64,000 nucleotides of DNA from Erysipelotrichaceae bacterium (GCA_015059185.1 SVAY01000008.1:1587-65586), one strand, 5' to 3'; positions 1 through 9,927 are shown, numbered from the stretch's first letter. The notes: generated by a model from the letters alone, not told the origin. Translations and numbers: made by a program.

Positions 1-381
1 GCTATATTCTGCATTAATAACGCTTAAACTTGGTGTTACACCATCATAACAATACAATAATGATGCCTTTACTAACCCTCCACCACTTTCAATTTTATAT
101 AATGTGGTAGGATGGCCATCATACATTTCAGCTCTTGGGCCTTGTGTCTTTATTTTTCCACTAATATCTTCGCCTTTTCTTACCTCTATCTTATGAGAAA
201 CCAAGCCATCTTCCCCTATTGTCGAAACATTACATTTTAATTGTACCGGTTCATAAGAAATTGAATCATCTTGGCAATCACAACTAAATGAGTCAATTTG
301 ACTGAATTCTGGTCTTGTTGAACTACAGCCTAAACAAGAAAAACTAATTATGGATAGGAATAACAGGTTTCTTTTTTTCAT
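1..381 (-). CDS. Putative lipoprotein, truncated by the window edge
   Basis: Manual translation from ATG at 381: MKKRNLLFLSIISFSCLGCSSTRPEF..., open to position 1. Basic N-terminus, hydrophobic core, LGC lipobox, GAGGAG RBS upstream. Not in the supplied ORF track because it has no stop in the window. Confidence 0.75.
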   Translation of the reverse strand, partial: MKKRNLLFLSIISFSCLGCSSTRPEFSQIDSFSCDCQDDSISYEPVQLKCNVSTIGEDGLVSHKIEVRKGEDISGKIKTQGPRAEMYDGHPTTLYKIESGGGLVKASLLYCYDGVTPSLSVINAEYS

Positions 382-450
382 CTCTTATCTCCTCTTTAGT
401 TATCTCAATTATATAGCAGGGCAAAAACAAGACTAGTGAATAACAAAATA

Positions 451-468
451 ATCACATTTTTCACAAAA
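451..468 (-). promoter_or_regulatory. Putative operator TTTTGTGAAAAATGTGAT, upstream of the lipoprotein gene
   Basis: Identical 18-mer at 1882-1899. It begins 38 bp upstream of a TATAAT at 408-413. Confidence 0.55.
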
Positions 469-473
469 GGAAA

Positions 474-1145
474 TCAATCAATATTATCTAATTCAATATC
501 AAGAACAATAGAAATATCTTTTAATAAATTATCATTAGCAAGATACGAACCACTTTCAATCTTCGCTATCAAGGTTCTAGAAACAAACACTTTATCTGCT
601 AGGGCTTGCTGAGTTAGCCCTTTCTCTATTCTTCTATCTTTTATCTTTTGGCCAAGCTCATTTAATTCTTGTCTCTTATTGATTAATAAAGCACTATCTT
701 TTATGCTTCTTTGATGGTCTAAATAATAGTCAATAATAAATAGCGATGTAGTGAGTGTAAATGAAATTGTTGAAAAAATAGAAATATAAGATAAAGTTAC
801 TATCCCTAAGATATGAGATAAAGCACATATCAATAGCCATATTTTTGTATTCCTTTTATCAGCTAACAGGATGTAAATAATCGTTATAAAACTCGTCACA
901 TAAAAAGCAATCATTCCGAAAGCACAAATAAATGATACGACTGTACCTGACTCAATCGAAGAGATAAGATATGAATAATAAGTCTGAACTTGAGTCTCGT
1001 AAAGCGGTATTCTCCTATCTTCTAAGCCTACATAAACACTGATAGGAAGAATTGGTAAGATAGATAAAAACAGAATAAGAAAAAGTATTAATAGAGTAAC
1101 TAGATAGTGAATTTCATATTTGTTTCTAATCAATGCTTTATTCAT
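474..1145 (-). CDS. Multi-TM membrane protein with C-terminal XRE-type HTH
   Basis: About 4 hydrophobic segments, then LGQKIKDRRIEKGLTQQALADKVFVSRTLIAKIESG. Probable start ATG 1145, directly after the upstream stop; the ORF extends to 1166. Confidence 0.75.
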   Translation of the reverse strand: MNKALIRNKYEIHYLVTLLILFLILFLSILPILPISVYVGLEDRRIPLYETQVQTYYSYLISSIESGTVVSFICAFGMIAFYVTSFITIIYILLADKRNTKIWLLICALSHILGIVTLSYISIFSTISFTLTTSLFIIDYYLDHQRSIKDSALLINKRQELNELGQKIKDRRIEKGLTQQALADKVFVSRTLIAKIESGSYLANDNLLKDISIVLDIELDNID

Positions 1146-1146
1146 A

Positions 1147-1830
1147 TTATTCTTCTTTATTAACATCTATTTTTTCGTCCTTTAAAACATTAATATTCAA
1201 TGCATTGCTAATGATATCAATTTGTCTTTTAGTAGGAACAATCGCTCCAGTTTCAATTTTCGCGATTAAAGAACGCGATATATTTGTGGAATTTGATAAG
1301 TCTTGTTGGGTGAGATGTAGCTCTTTTCTCTTATTTCTAATAATGATGCCAACCTCATCACTCTTTTTATTATCACTAACGTTAGATGAATTCTTTTTAA
1401 TTTGATAATCAAGCAATATGTTTAAAACTACTAAAAATAAGGTCACAATAAAACCAATAAATGCAAACGATGAAACCTTGCTATCAGATATACTAACAAT
1501 AAAAAAGAAAATAGAGTCAATTAATAATGATATTTTAGCAATGAAATATTTTTGAATCACTATAACCACAAGAGGAATACCTAACATAATGTATGTTCCA
1601 AAAAAACTAATAGTATATAGAAAATCTAATGGGCTAAGTGGTTTTGAATAGATATTAAATCCTTCATAATATGCGTGATACTTTAATATATTGATAACCC
1701 TATGTCTCTCATCAATGCCAGCGTAGGTCCATATAGGTAATATTGGGAGAAATGATAAAAGCAATATCGTTACAATGAGAGCGATAGTTAATAAATAATG
1801 AAATGAATATTTATTAAACAAATATCTCAT
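1147..1830 (-). CDS. Multi-TM membrane protein with C-terminal XRE-type HTH; paralog of 474-1145
   Basis: IRNKRKELHLTQQDLSNSTNISRSLIAKIETG; shares LS(I/F)LPILPI..Y.G with its neighbour. The supplied ORF start (1902) runs through the operator and terminator, so ATG 1830 is more likely. Confidence 0.75.
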   Translation of the reverse strand: MRYLFNKYSFHYLLTIALIVTILLLSFLPILPIWTYAGIDERHRVINILKYHAYYEGFNIYSKPLSPLDFLYTISFFGTYIMLGIPLVVIVIQKYFIAKISLLIDSIFFFIVSISDSKVSSFAFIGFIVTLFLVVLNILLDYQIKKNSSNVSDNKKSDEVGIIIRNKRKELHLTQQDLSNSTNISRSLIAKIETGAIVPTKRQIDIISNALNINVLKDEKIDVNKEE

Positions 1831-1864
1831 ATAAATATTTATATCACTAAACAATGGGGATACG

Positions 1865-1899
1865 TTGTGATTTTTGTGATTATCACATTTTTCACAAAA
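1865..1899. promoter_or_regulatory. Four TGTGA/TCACA half-sites in an imperfect inverted repeat (putative operator)
   Basis: TTGTGATTTTTGTGAT-T-ATCACATTTTTCACAAAA; the right half is identical to 451-468. Confidence 0.55.
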
Positions 1900-1900
1900 C

Positions 1901-1922
1901 AAAAAGACCCACGAAGGGTCTT
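1901..1922 (-). terminator. Rho-independent terminator of the YccA-like gene
   Basis: AAGACCC-ACGAA-GGGTCTT hairpin followed by a T-run on the minus strand. Confidence 0.75.
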
Positions 1923-1940
1923 AATGTTATAAATAAATGG

Positions 1941-2717
1941 TTAACGACTTTTACCGTACGCGATTGCGAGGTAATAGACAATCTTAATAAAGATATATAC
2001 AAAGTCAGTATATAAGGTTAATGCACAGTAGAGAGTGAGGTTTCTACTCATTTCTCCGTTTTTGCAAATCTTATTAATTTGATGCATGTCAACAATGACA
2101 AGAAGGAGCATCGCACCAAAGATGACAAAGTCTAATATCCATAAGAAGGTGACATTAACTGGGAGGAAGAGGGAGAATAGCCAAGTTCCTAAACTCACGA
2201 TTAATGATCCAAATAAGAGCATGAATCCCACCATCGCGATTGGTCTCACGTTTCTTGCTAAGAAACCAATGAGGGCTAATACTCCAAATATTGCGCTAGT
2301 AAGTCCTAAGGCAACACCGAGGATTTGCCAATCGATGAATAAGGTGAATGTAGACATAAGTACGCCCATACATAAGACGTATAAGCTACTTAAGACAAGC
2401 ATTCCCTTATCACGACGTAATGCCCAGAGTTGAATAACAAATGTGAGCACTAAGAGAGTGATACCACTTACTACTAATATGGCCATAATGCCACGAGCAG
2501 CAACTGGATTTGGATCACTAGCACTTCCTAACCAACGAGCGAATAAATATCCGCCAAGGAAAGCAATGCCAGCTGTAACTAGGAGCCAGATGAACATGAT
2601 TCCGAAGACCTTACCTAAATTTAAGGTATGAGAACTTACGGATGATGAGTTATGTTCTTCTTCATAATGGATATTATTAGGACCGCTGGTCCCATAATTT
2701 CTTCCATTAATTGCCAT
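1941..2717 (-). CDS. Bax inhibitor-1/YccA family membrane protein
   Basis: About 7 TM segments with C-terminal VDMHQI...ALTLYTDFVYIF motif. Confidence 0.8.
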   Translation of the reverse strand: MAINGRNYGTSGPNNIHYEEEHNSSSVSSHTLNLGKVFGIMFIWLLVTAGIAFLGGYLFARWLGSASDPNPVAARGIMAILVVSGITLLVLTFVIQLWALRRDKGMLVLSSLYVLCMGVLMSTFTLFIDWQILGVALGLTSAIFGVLALIGFLARNVRPIAMVGFMLLFGSLIVSLGTWLFSLFLPVNVTFLWILDFVIFGAMLLLVIVDMHQINKICKNGEMSRNLTLYCALTLYTDFVYIFIKIVYYLAIAYGKSR

Positions 2718-3475
2718 TATTTAATATTCCTTAATAATTCGGTATAAGATTCAATCTTTAAAGAAGCACCGCCGACGAGAGCACCATCAACATCTGGGCA
2801 GGATAAATATGCTTTGATATTTTCTGGCTTCACACTACCGCCATAAAGGATTCTAATCTTGTTAGCAGATTTGCCAACGCATTCTTTTAAGACTGTTCTA
2901 ATGAAGTGACAGACATCTTGAGCAATTTCAGTAGAGGCATTCTTACCTGTACCGATGCTCCAGACTGGTTCATAAGCGACGACTAAGTTCTTAGCGTCTT
3001 CTTCACTTAAACCTTCTAAACCTTTACGAACTTGTTCGCCGACGACTTCTTTAGTTCTACCAGCTTCAAATTCAGCTAAGGTTTCGCCAACACAATATAG
3101 TGGAACCATATCATTGGCGATTAAAGCTTTGATCTTAGCGTTACATTTTTCGCTTGTCTCATTATCATATGCTCTTCTTTCAGAGTGACCGAGAATAACC
3201 CAGTTAATTCCAAATTCCTTGAGCATTGGGATAGAAACTTCACCGGTATATGCGCCAGATTCTTTAAAGTGGCAGTTTTGAGCAGCCACAATCATGGTCT
3301 TAGCAGCATATTTACGGGTAGTGGCTAAAGAAAGATAAGTAGGAGCAACACCGAGATCAACATGGGCTGCACGAGCTTCTTTAGCGAGTGGTTTAGCAGC
3401 AACTGCGAATTCCTTCGCTTCCGCGGAAGTCTTGTTCATTTTCCAGTTGCCCATTAATAATTTACGTCTTGCCAT
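2717..3475 (-). CDS. tpiA: Triosephosphate isomerase
   Basis: GNWKMN, GHSERR, AYEPVWSIGTG, LYGGSVK, LVGGASL. Confidence 0.98.
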   Translation of the reverse strand: MARRKLLMGNWKMNKTSAEAKEFAVAAKPLAKEARAAHVDLGVAPTYLSLATTRKYAAKTMIVAAQNCHFKESGAYTGEVSIPMLKEFGINWVILGHSERRAYDNETSEKCNAKIKALIANDMVPLYCVGETLAEFEAGRTKEVVGEQVRKGLEGLSEEDAKNLVVAYEPVWSIGTGKNASTEIAQDVCHFIRTVLKECVGKSANKIRILYGGSVKPENIKAYLSCPDVDGALVGGASLKIESYTELLRNIK

Positions 3476-3480
3476 AATAA

Positions 3481-4695
3481 TTATCCTAAAACATCAATGC
3501 CTGGGAGATGGCCATCGTTTTCAATCATTTCTAAGGAAGCACCGCCACCTGTAGAAACGTGAGAGAAGTACTTCACATAACCAAATTGCTTAATAGCAGC
3601 AGCACTATCACCACCACCACAAACAGTGAAGGCATCTGGAATTGCTTTAATAGCTTCACAGATTGCTAAGGTACCAGCTTGATAAGCATCTTGTTCGAAC
3701 ACTCCCATTGGACCATTCCAGAAGACCATCTTAGCTTTAGCAATAGCTTCAGCGTATAACTTACGGGTTTCTGGACCAATATCTAAGCCTTGGAAACCAG
3801 CTGGGGTTTCATTGACTTTGCAAACTTTCACTTGGGTTGGGTTTTCGAAAGCATCAGCGACAACACTATCGATTGGGAGTAAGATTTTGCCTTCTGCTTC
3901 TTCTAAACATTTCTTAGCATAGTCTAAATAATCATCTTCGACTGGGGAATCACCAGTTGGGAGTCCCATTGCTTTAAAGAATGTATAAGCCATCGCACCA
4001 CCGATGATGACGCGATCACATTTCTTGAGTAAGGAATCGATAACTTTAATCTTACTAGAAACTTTTAAGCCACCTAAGATAGCGACATATGGTCTATCTT
4101 TAGCTTCGACTTTGACACAGCGTGATAAGTTTTCAACTTCTTTTTGGACTAAGTAGCCAACAGCGACTGGCTTACCTTCAGCCTTTAAGATTTCTGGGAT
4201 ACCATAGGTAGAAGCATGTGCACGGTGAGCGCTACCAAAAGCGTCCATAACATAAGCATCACCTAATGAAGCCCAAATCTTAGCGAGTTCTGGATCATTC
4301 TTTTCTTCGCCCTTTTCATAACGAGTATTTTGGACTAAAAGAACTTCGCCATTTCCTAACTTAGCAACAGCTTCTTCAAGTTCAGGACCTCTAGTGACTG
4401 GGCAGAAAGCAACTTTCTTACCGAGTAATTCGCCTAAACGAACAGCGACTGGAGCTAAATTGTTCTTTTTCTTTTGTTCTTCGACTACTTCTGGAGCTTC
4501 TTTATGTTTTACCTTTCCTAAGTGGGAGAATAAAACGACACGAGCACCCTTTTCGAGTAAGTCTTTAATTGTTGGGAGAGCAGCAACGACACGGTTATCG
4601 TCTCTGATTTCTCCACCCTTTAAAGGAACGTTGAAGTCAACACGGACTAACACTCTTTTTCCTTCAATGTTTTTTAATTCTTTGACAGTTAACAT
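3481..4695 (-). CDS. pgk: Phosphoglycerate kinase
   Basis: RVDFNVP, FSHLG, DAFGSAHRAHAS, WNGPMGVFE, GGGDS, STGGGASLE. Start moved to ATG 4695 (AAGGAG RBS). Confidence 0.98.
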   Translation of the reverse strand: MLTVKELKNIEGKRVLVRVDFNVPLKGGEIRDDNRVVAALPTIKDLLEKGARVVLFSHLGKVKHKEAPEVVEEQKKKNNLAPVAVRLGELLGKKVAFCPVTRGPELEEAVAKLGNGEVLLVQNTRYEKGEEKNDPELAKIWASLGDAYVMDAFGSAHRAHASTYGIPEILKAEGKPVAVGYLVQKEVENLSRCVKVEAKDRPYVAILGGLKVSSKIKVIDSLLKKCDRVIIGGAMAYTFFKAMGLPTGDSPVEDDYLDYAKKCLEEAEGKILLPIDSVVADAFENPTQVKVCKVNETPAGFQGLDIGPETRKLYAEAIAKAKMVFWNGPMGVFEQDAYQAGTLAICEAIKAIPDAFTVCGGGDSAAAIKQFGYVKYFSHVSTGGGASLEMIENDGHLPGIDVLG

Positions 4696-4720
4696 TTTTG
4701 TCTCCTTAAATTTTATAAAT

Positions 4721-4744
4721 AAAGCGCCCAAATAGATGGGCGCT
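4721..4744 (-). terminator. Hairpin between gap and pgk (terminator or mRNA stabiliser)
   Basis: AGCGCCCA-AATAGA-TGGGCGCT. Confidence 0.6.
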
Positions 4745-4797
4745 AAATTCGTCTTTGATACGGGTAATAGCTACCCCTACAGTTACTTTTTAGTTAA

Positions 4798-5832
4798 TTA
4801 GCAGTTTTCTGCGAAGTATTTGATGGTTCTGACCATTTGAGAAGTATAGGAGTTCTCATTGTCATACCAAGCAACAACTTGGACTTGATATCTGCCACCA
4901 CCAATTGGGGTAACCATTGTTTGTGTAGCATCGAATAAGGAACCATAGGTCATACCGATGACATCGCTAGAAACTAATTCTTCTTCAGTATAGCCAAAGG
5001 ATTGGTTAGCAGCTCTCTTCATAGCGGCATTGATGGCTTCTTTTGTAACTTCTTTCTTAGTCTTAACGACTGCGACTAAGATAGTTGTAGAACCGGTGCA
5101 AACTGGAACACGTTGAGCAGAACCGATTAATTTACCATTTAATTCTGGGATAACGAGTCCGATAGCTTTAGCAGCACCTGTGCTGTTTGGAACGATGTTG
5201 CAAGCAGCAGCTCTGGCTCTTCTTAAGTCACCTTTACGGTGTGGTCCATCAAGAACCATTTGGTCACCAGTATAGGCGTGAACTGTGGTCATGATACCAC
5301 TTTCAATCTTAGCAAATTTGTTTAAAGCGTTAGCCATTGGTGCTAAGCAGTTGGTTGTACAGCTAGCAGCACTGATGACTTGGTCGTCTTTTGTTAAGGT
5401 CTTATGGTTAACATTGAAGACGATGGTCTTTAAATCTTTTCCAGCTGGAGCAGAAATAACGACTTTTCTAGCACCGGCATTGATGTGGGCCATTGATTTT
5501 TCCTTAGAAGTATAGAAACCTGTACATTCTAAGACAACATCAACTCCTAATTGACCCCATGGGCAATTGGCGGCGTCTTTTTCGGCATAAATAGTAATTC
5601 TCTTACCTTTGACTTCGATCCATCCTGGAACTTCACCATCAGCAGAGCATTTGACTGAGTCTGCATACTTGTAGGTACGTTGGGCTGAATCATACTTTAA
5701 TAAGTGGGCTAACATTTTTGGGCTGGTGAGATCGTTAATAGCAACGACTTCATAACCTTTCGCATCGAACATTTGACGGAAGGCTAATCTACCAATACGT
5801 CCAAATCCGTTAATTGCAATTTTTACTGACAT
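4798..5832 (-). CDS. gap: Type I glyceraldehyde-3-phosphate dehydrogenase
   Basis: [24 protein letters not shown]. Confidence 0.98.
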   Translation of the reverse strand: MSVKIAINGFGRIGRLAFRQMFDAKGYEVVAINDLTSPKMLAHLLKYDSAQRTYKYADSVKCSADGEVPGWIEVKGKRITIYAEKDAANCPWGQLGVDVVLECTGFYTSKEKSMAHINAGARKVVISAPAGKDLKTIVFNVNHKTLTKDDQVISAASCTTNCLAPMANALNKFAKIESGIMTTVHAYTGDQMVLDGPHRKGDLRRARAAACNIVPNSTGAAKAIGLVIPELNGKLIGSAQRVPVCTGSTTILVAVVKTKKEVTKEAINAAMKRAANQSFGYTEEELVSSDVIGMTYGSLFDATQTMVTPIGGGRYQVQVVAWYDNENSYTSQMVRTIKYFAENC

Positions 5833-5948
5833 ATAAATCTCCTTTAATTAACTGCATTTTCTAGTTTATATCATTAATTTATTAAATTAAAGAGGAATTA
5901 ATAAAAAATATGGGGTTAATGATACTTCTAGATATAAAAAGAGGTTAA

Positions 5949-7175
5949 TCACCCCTCCAAAAGTGTCTTTTCTAGGCTTTTGATGATTGTTTTATCCTCA
6001 AGTTTCACAACTGCAGAAAAATGCGCCCCTACTCGGTTAAGCGAACTGCCTAATAAAAAATGTTCACTATCATCGATAGATAAAAATCTATCATGAAAAG
6101 GTTTGGCTATATGAATATTTATTTCACCATACTGATCTTGATACTTGTTAAGGTCCTCTATAGTGATTTTGCATCTATGCGTAGTGATGATGTGAGCTTT
6201 TACTTCTCTCTTTTTATTTTTGAGGATTGATAGAGCAACTTCATCTATATATGGATCAATTAACAATAATGTACCATTTGCCTTATGCACCAAATGGCAG
6301 AAAAAGTCGTAAGCATCAAACACTTCTCCTTCATAGAACACTATTTCCTTCTCACTTGAATTCTTATAGTTATCCTCAATAGCCTTCATCCTTTTTTCAA
6401 CCCTTTTTACATCATCTTTAAGAGTTAAATAAGATTCTTCTAATAATGCGATTCTTCTTTCATCGGTTGAATAACCCTTTATCATGTATTGGGATAGCGT
6501 TTTAATTGCCCACCTTCTAAAAATAATTCCTCTATTCGATGTTACTCTAAACCCAACAGAGATGATGACATCCAAATTATAGTAAGTGATAGTTCTAGTA
6601 ACTGTCCTTTTGCCTTCAATTTGAACTGTTGCATTTTTTGCAGTAGTTCGATTTTCCTCTAGCTCTTTTTCTTTATAAATATCAGCGATATGACCTGATA
6701 TAACTGTCTTATCTCTATCAAAAAGAATAGACATCTGATTTAGGCTTAACCACACCGTATATTGTTGAGGTGATACCCTAACATCTAAAACAACATTATC
6801 TTCCTCAAATCTAATTATATTAGATTGAATCGGTAGTAATTGACTTTTATCCTTTTCAAGTTCTTCCTTGCACCAGTTAATGAAGTATTCAGTTAATGAT
6901 GGATCAATTCTATAACCAACTTCTTTGATAATAGCTAAGTTGTAATGATCAATCTTTCTCGGTTTACCGGCAATTTCAACTGTAAAGTTTCGCTTTACTA
7001 TTAACTGGTTAGAAGTGTTATTTCCAAGAATGTTTTTTATATGTAGAGATATATTCATCTTGGATCGTTTGAATAAAATAGTCATGTCCTTTTGGCTCAT
7101 CCATACAGTATCTTCTTCAGGTGAAAAATTGACATCTAAAGTTATGTCGTTATGTTTAAAATTGAGAATCTTCAT
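5949..7175 (-). CDS. RhuM-family protein with a duplicated N-terminal module and a C-terminal PLD-like domain
   Basis: Two copies of DV..(E/Y).TVW(M/L)S...M..LF; YNLDVIISVGFRV and FRRWA RhuM motifs; C-terminal IDPYID...HDRFLSID...LGSSLN. Confidence 0.75.
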   Translation of the reverse strand: MKILNFKHNDITLDVNFSPEEDTVWMSQKDMTILFKRSKMNISLHIKNILGNNTSNQLIVKRNFTVEIAGKPRKIDHYNLAIIKEVGYRIDPSLTEYFINWCKEELEKDKSQLLPIQSNIIRFEEDNVVLDVRVSPQQYTVWLSLNQMSILFDRDKTVISGHIADIYKEKELEENRTTAKNATVQIEGKRTVTRTITYYNLDVIISVGFRVTSNRGIIFRRWAIKTLSQYMIKGYSTDERRIALLEESYLTLKDDVKRVEKRMKAIEDNYKNSSEKEIVFYEGEVFDAYDFFCHLVHKANGTLLLIDPYIDEVALSILKNKKREVKAHIITTHRCKITIEDLNKYQDQYGEINIHIAKPFHDRFLSIDDSEHFLLGSSLNRVGAHFSAVVKLEDKTIIKSLEKTLLEG

Positions 7176-7244
7176 ATAATTTCCCTCCTATATATTTAAT
7201 AAGACGGATAAAAATACGAAAATGTTGAAATATTTTATAATTTT

Positions 7245-7463
7245 TTAAAAAGAAGCGATTCCTTTAGTGAGCTCGCCGAGCGATATTCCAAATGCGATAG
7301 CGATTTTTTCCATCACCACTAAAGTAGGGTTGCGTCTCCCTCTTTCTAAATCAGATATATAGTTTTTATTAATACCACTATTAAGGGCGAGTTCTTCCTG
7401 GCTCCAACCTTTTAATCCGCGGAGATATTTAATCCTCATCCCAAACTGTATTTTAATGTCCAT
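7245..7463 (-). CDS. Small XRE HTH regulator resembling restriction-modification controller (C) proteins
   Basis: 72 aa, FGMRIKYLR...SQEELA...INKNYISDLERGRRNPTL. Confidence 0.85.
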   Translation of the reverse strand: MDIKIQFGMRIKYLRGLKGWSQEELALNSGINKNYISDLERGRRNPTLVVMEKIAIAFGISLGELTKGIASF

Positions 7464-7464
7464 A

Positions 7465-8409
7465 TTATTTCTTTTCTTTTAAATATAATTCATGAATTCT
7501 TCTAAAGATATGATTGATATTACTTTTAGTAACTTCTTCATTTAATTCTTTAGAAACCATGCTTGCTATCTCTTCTAAAGGTTTAGATATATAATCCACT
7601 CTTATTGAGGCTACTAACTGGGTCTTTTTGTTACCAATGTTTTCTAAACCAATATGTTTAATAAGATATTTAATCTCATGAGCTTGACGCTTTCCTGCTT
7701 CTACCGTTTTAGACATGTTAGCAGTATCGAGGTTAGTGAGCCTATTTGCATTATTCATATAATCTCTATCAATACGGTAGTTTTCAAAATCCATTGCGCT
7801 ACTCATCGCTCCAATCATCACTAAGAAATCAGCAATTTGGTCACCTTTTTTAAAATATAAAACATATTTATTCCTACGCTCAATGATGCGAGGTTCAATC
7901 TTATTATTCTTATATCTAAGGAAAAGATGAGATAACCACTTTGCATAGTTCTCACTATTGACGGCAAGTTCAAGGTGATAATTACTCGTTTCTGGAGAAT
8001 TGATGCTACCGCAAGCTAAAAAAGCTCCTGCTAAATAGCCAGAAATCGTTTCATCACTATAAACAATATCTTTAGATATCTTTCCTTCAAGATAATTGAC
8101 TTTTAACTCATCCAATATATCTTCAACATTATTTGATACAACTATTGTATATGTTGTTTTAGTGTTCCCTTTCTTTTGAAAGGAAATTGATACATTACTA
8201 GGATAGATATCTAAAATTAATGAATAGATAAATTTAATTGTTTTTGCGTTCTCGTTGCTTAAGGTTAAAATGGAATGCTTATTACGAATAACCACCACTC
8301 CGTTAATACGGATATAGGCACTTAAAAGCGCTTTCTTCACTTCTAAAGATTCATATGAGTTATGACATAATTCTTCTTTAACATGAAGAGCAAAAGAACG
8401 ACGGGCCAT
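7465..8409 (-). CDS. whiA: DNA-binding protein WhiA
   Basis: LAGAFLACGSINSP..YHLE, ANRLTNLDTANM; conserved position after trxB. Confidence 0.93.
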   Translation of the reverse strand: MARRSFALHVKEELCHNSYESLEVKKALLSAYIRINGVVVIRNKHSILTLSNENAKTIKFIYSLILDIYPSNVSISFQKKGNTKTTYTIVVSNNVEDILDELKVNYLEGKISKDIVYSDETISGYLAGAFLACGSINSPETSNYHLELAVNSENYAKWLSHLFLRYKNNKIEPRIIERRNKYVLYFKKGDQIADFLVMIGAMSSAMDFENYRIDRDYMNNANRLTNLDTANMSKTVEAGKRQAHEIKYLIKHIGLENIGNKKTQLVASIRVDYISKPLEEIASMVSKELNEEVTKSNINHIFRRIHELYLKEKK

Positions 8410-8410
8410 A

Positions 8411-9292
8411 TTATTTTAGATAATCTTTAACTCTTTCCACTACTTTATTCGCGTCAATCACAGCTAAATAGATTTGCTTTAATTCGCGAGAGATGATATC
8501 CCCAATCGCATATAGACCTGGAACATTAGTTTCATAATCTCTATTCACTTTAACAAATCCATCTGCATCGAGTAGAGACTTATCTAAATATTGAGTGTTA
8601 GGAATATAACCGAGTAAAGGGAAGATTGCTCTAGACTCTAATTCATTACCATCATCTAAAATAATGCTTGATAATGGATTACCTCTAAGTTCTTTAACTT
8701 TATGGTTATAAACATATTTTACATTAGAAAAAGTCTTTAGTTCATCTGATGAACGAGTAGTTCCCTTAAGCGTATCACGAGAAGTAACAACTATTACTTC
8801 TTTACATAACGAAGCGAGATAGATTGCTTCATTAATTGCATAACGGTCTTCTGCAATAACAGTAGCAGTCTCTCCTTTAAAGAAATGCCCATCACAAATT
8901 GCACAATAACTTAAACCATGGCCTAATAATTCTTTTTCATTAGGTAGACCTAATTTCTTCTCATCAGTCCCACTAGCTAAAATAACTGCTTTAGCTTCAT
9001 ATATTCCACGAGGAGTTTCAAGTTTAAAATTATCTCCTTTAGTTAATTTATTAACTTTAGTAGAAATCATTTCCACATGCGCTTCATTCATCTTTTTAAA
9101 GAATTCAAAAGCGAGATCTGGTCCACTTATCTTTGTGTAACCCGGATAATTATCAACGCGAGGGGCGATATTCACTTTCCCTCCAGGCATATAGCCTTCT
9201 AATATTGCAACATTATAACCGAGTTTTTTAAGTTCAATAGCACTTGTGATACCTGCCGGTCCTGCTCCAATAATTAATACATCATAAATCAT
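8411..9292 (-). CDS. trxB: Thioredoxin reductase
   Basis: IGAGPAG, NYPG, SYCAICDG (CxxC), GLYAIGD. Confidence 0.88.
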   Translation of the reverse strand: MIYDVLIIGAGPAGITSAIELKKLGYNVAILEGYMPGGKVNIAPRVDNYPGYTKISGPDLAFEFFKKMNEAHVEMISTKVNKLTKGDNFKLETPRGIYEAKAVILASGTDEKKLGLPNEKELLGHGLSYCAICDGHFFKGETATVIAEDRYAINEAIYLASLCKEVIVVTSRDTLKGTTRSSDELKTFSNVKYVYNHKVKELRGNPLSSIILDDGNELESRAIFPLLGYIPNTQYLDKSLLDADGFVKVNRDYETNVPGLYAIGDIISRELKQIYLAVIDANKVVERVKDYLK

Positions 9293-9927
9293 AGAAGAAT
9301 ATCCCCCATTTCTTTATAGGAATGTATCACATAATTACATTTAGACAAAACGTTAAGCATTCTTGGACCCCAAGCGCAGATCATCGAATCAACATTAGCG
9401 TTAGCGGCCGTCTCATAATCAATATCATTATCTCCCACATATAAGCATTCTTCTTTACTAGCATTTAAGCGAGATAAAGCAAGTTCGATACCTTCTGGAT
9501 GAGGCTTGTTGTTTTTTGTATCACCATTACCAATAACAAATTCAAAGAGATGGTCAATCTTCAGTAACCTTAAAACATATTCTGCCATATCATGGCCTTT
9601 ATTGGTCACCACTGCGAGTTTATAACCTTTTTCTTTTAACTTTGTTAAGACTTCTATTTCATCCTCAAAAGGTGTGACATATAAGTCGTAATAAGGTTTA
9701 GAGATACGGATGAATTCGTTATACATAAAGTTGAAGTCTTGATTAGGGAATTCAACAGGTAAGGTCTTACTTAATGGTGGTCCACTGAAATAGATGAGTT
9801 GGTCCTTTTCTTTTCTAGCGCTTGGATTATATAAGTCATATAAATCATAAAAGGTATGGAAAATCATCTCATCGGTATAAGCGATAGTCCCATCCATATC
9901 AAATAATATGACTTTATATTTAGGCAT
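9289..9927 (-). CDS. HAD-family phosphatase (PpaX/phosphoglycolate phosphatase-like)
   Basis: FDMDGT, VTNK, KPHP, YVGD...D; follows lgt, as ppaX does in Bacillus. Confidence 0.85.
   Translation of the reverse strand: MPKYKVILFDMDGTIAYTDEMIFHTFYDLYDLYNPSARKEKDQLIYFSGPPLSKTLPVEFPNQDFNFMYNEFIRISKPYYDLYVTPFEDEIEVLTKLKEKGYKLAVVTNKGHDMAEYVLRLLKIDHLFEFVIGNGDTKNNKPHPEGIELALSRLNASKEECLYVGDNDIDYETAANANVDSMICAWGPRMLNVLSKCNYVIHSYKEMGDILL

Noticed and set aside
2086-5515. Plus-strand ORFs overlapping the YccA-like gene, pgk and gap
   Set aside because: Antisense to well-supported genes; Ser/Thr/Phe-rich composition typical of reverse-frame shadows.
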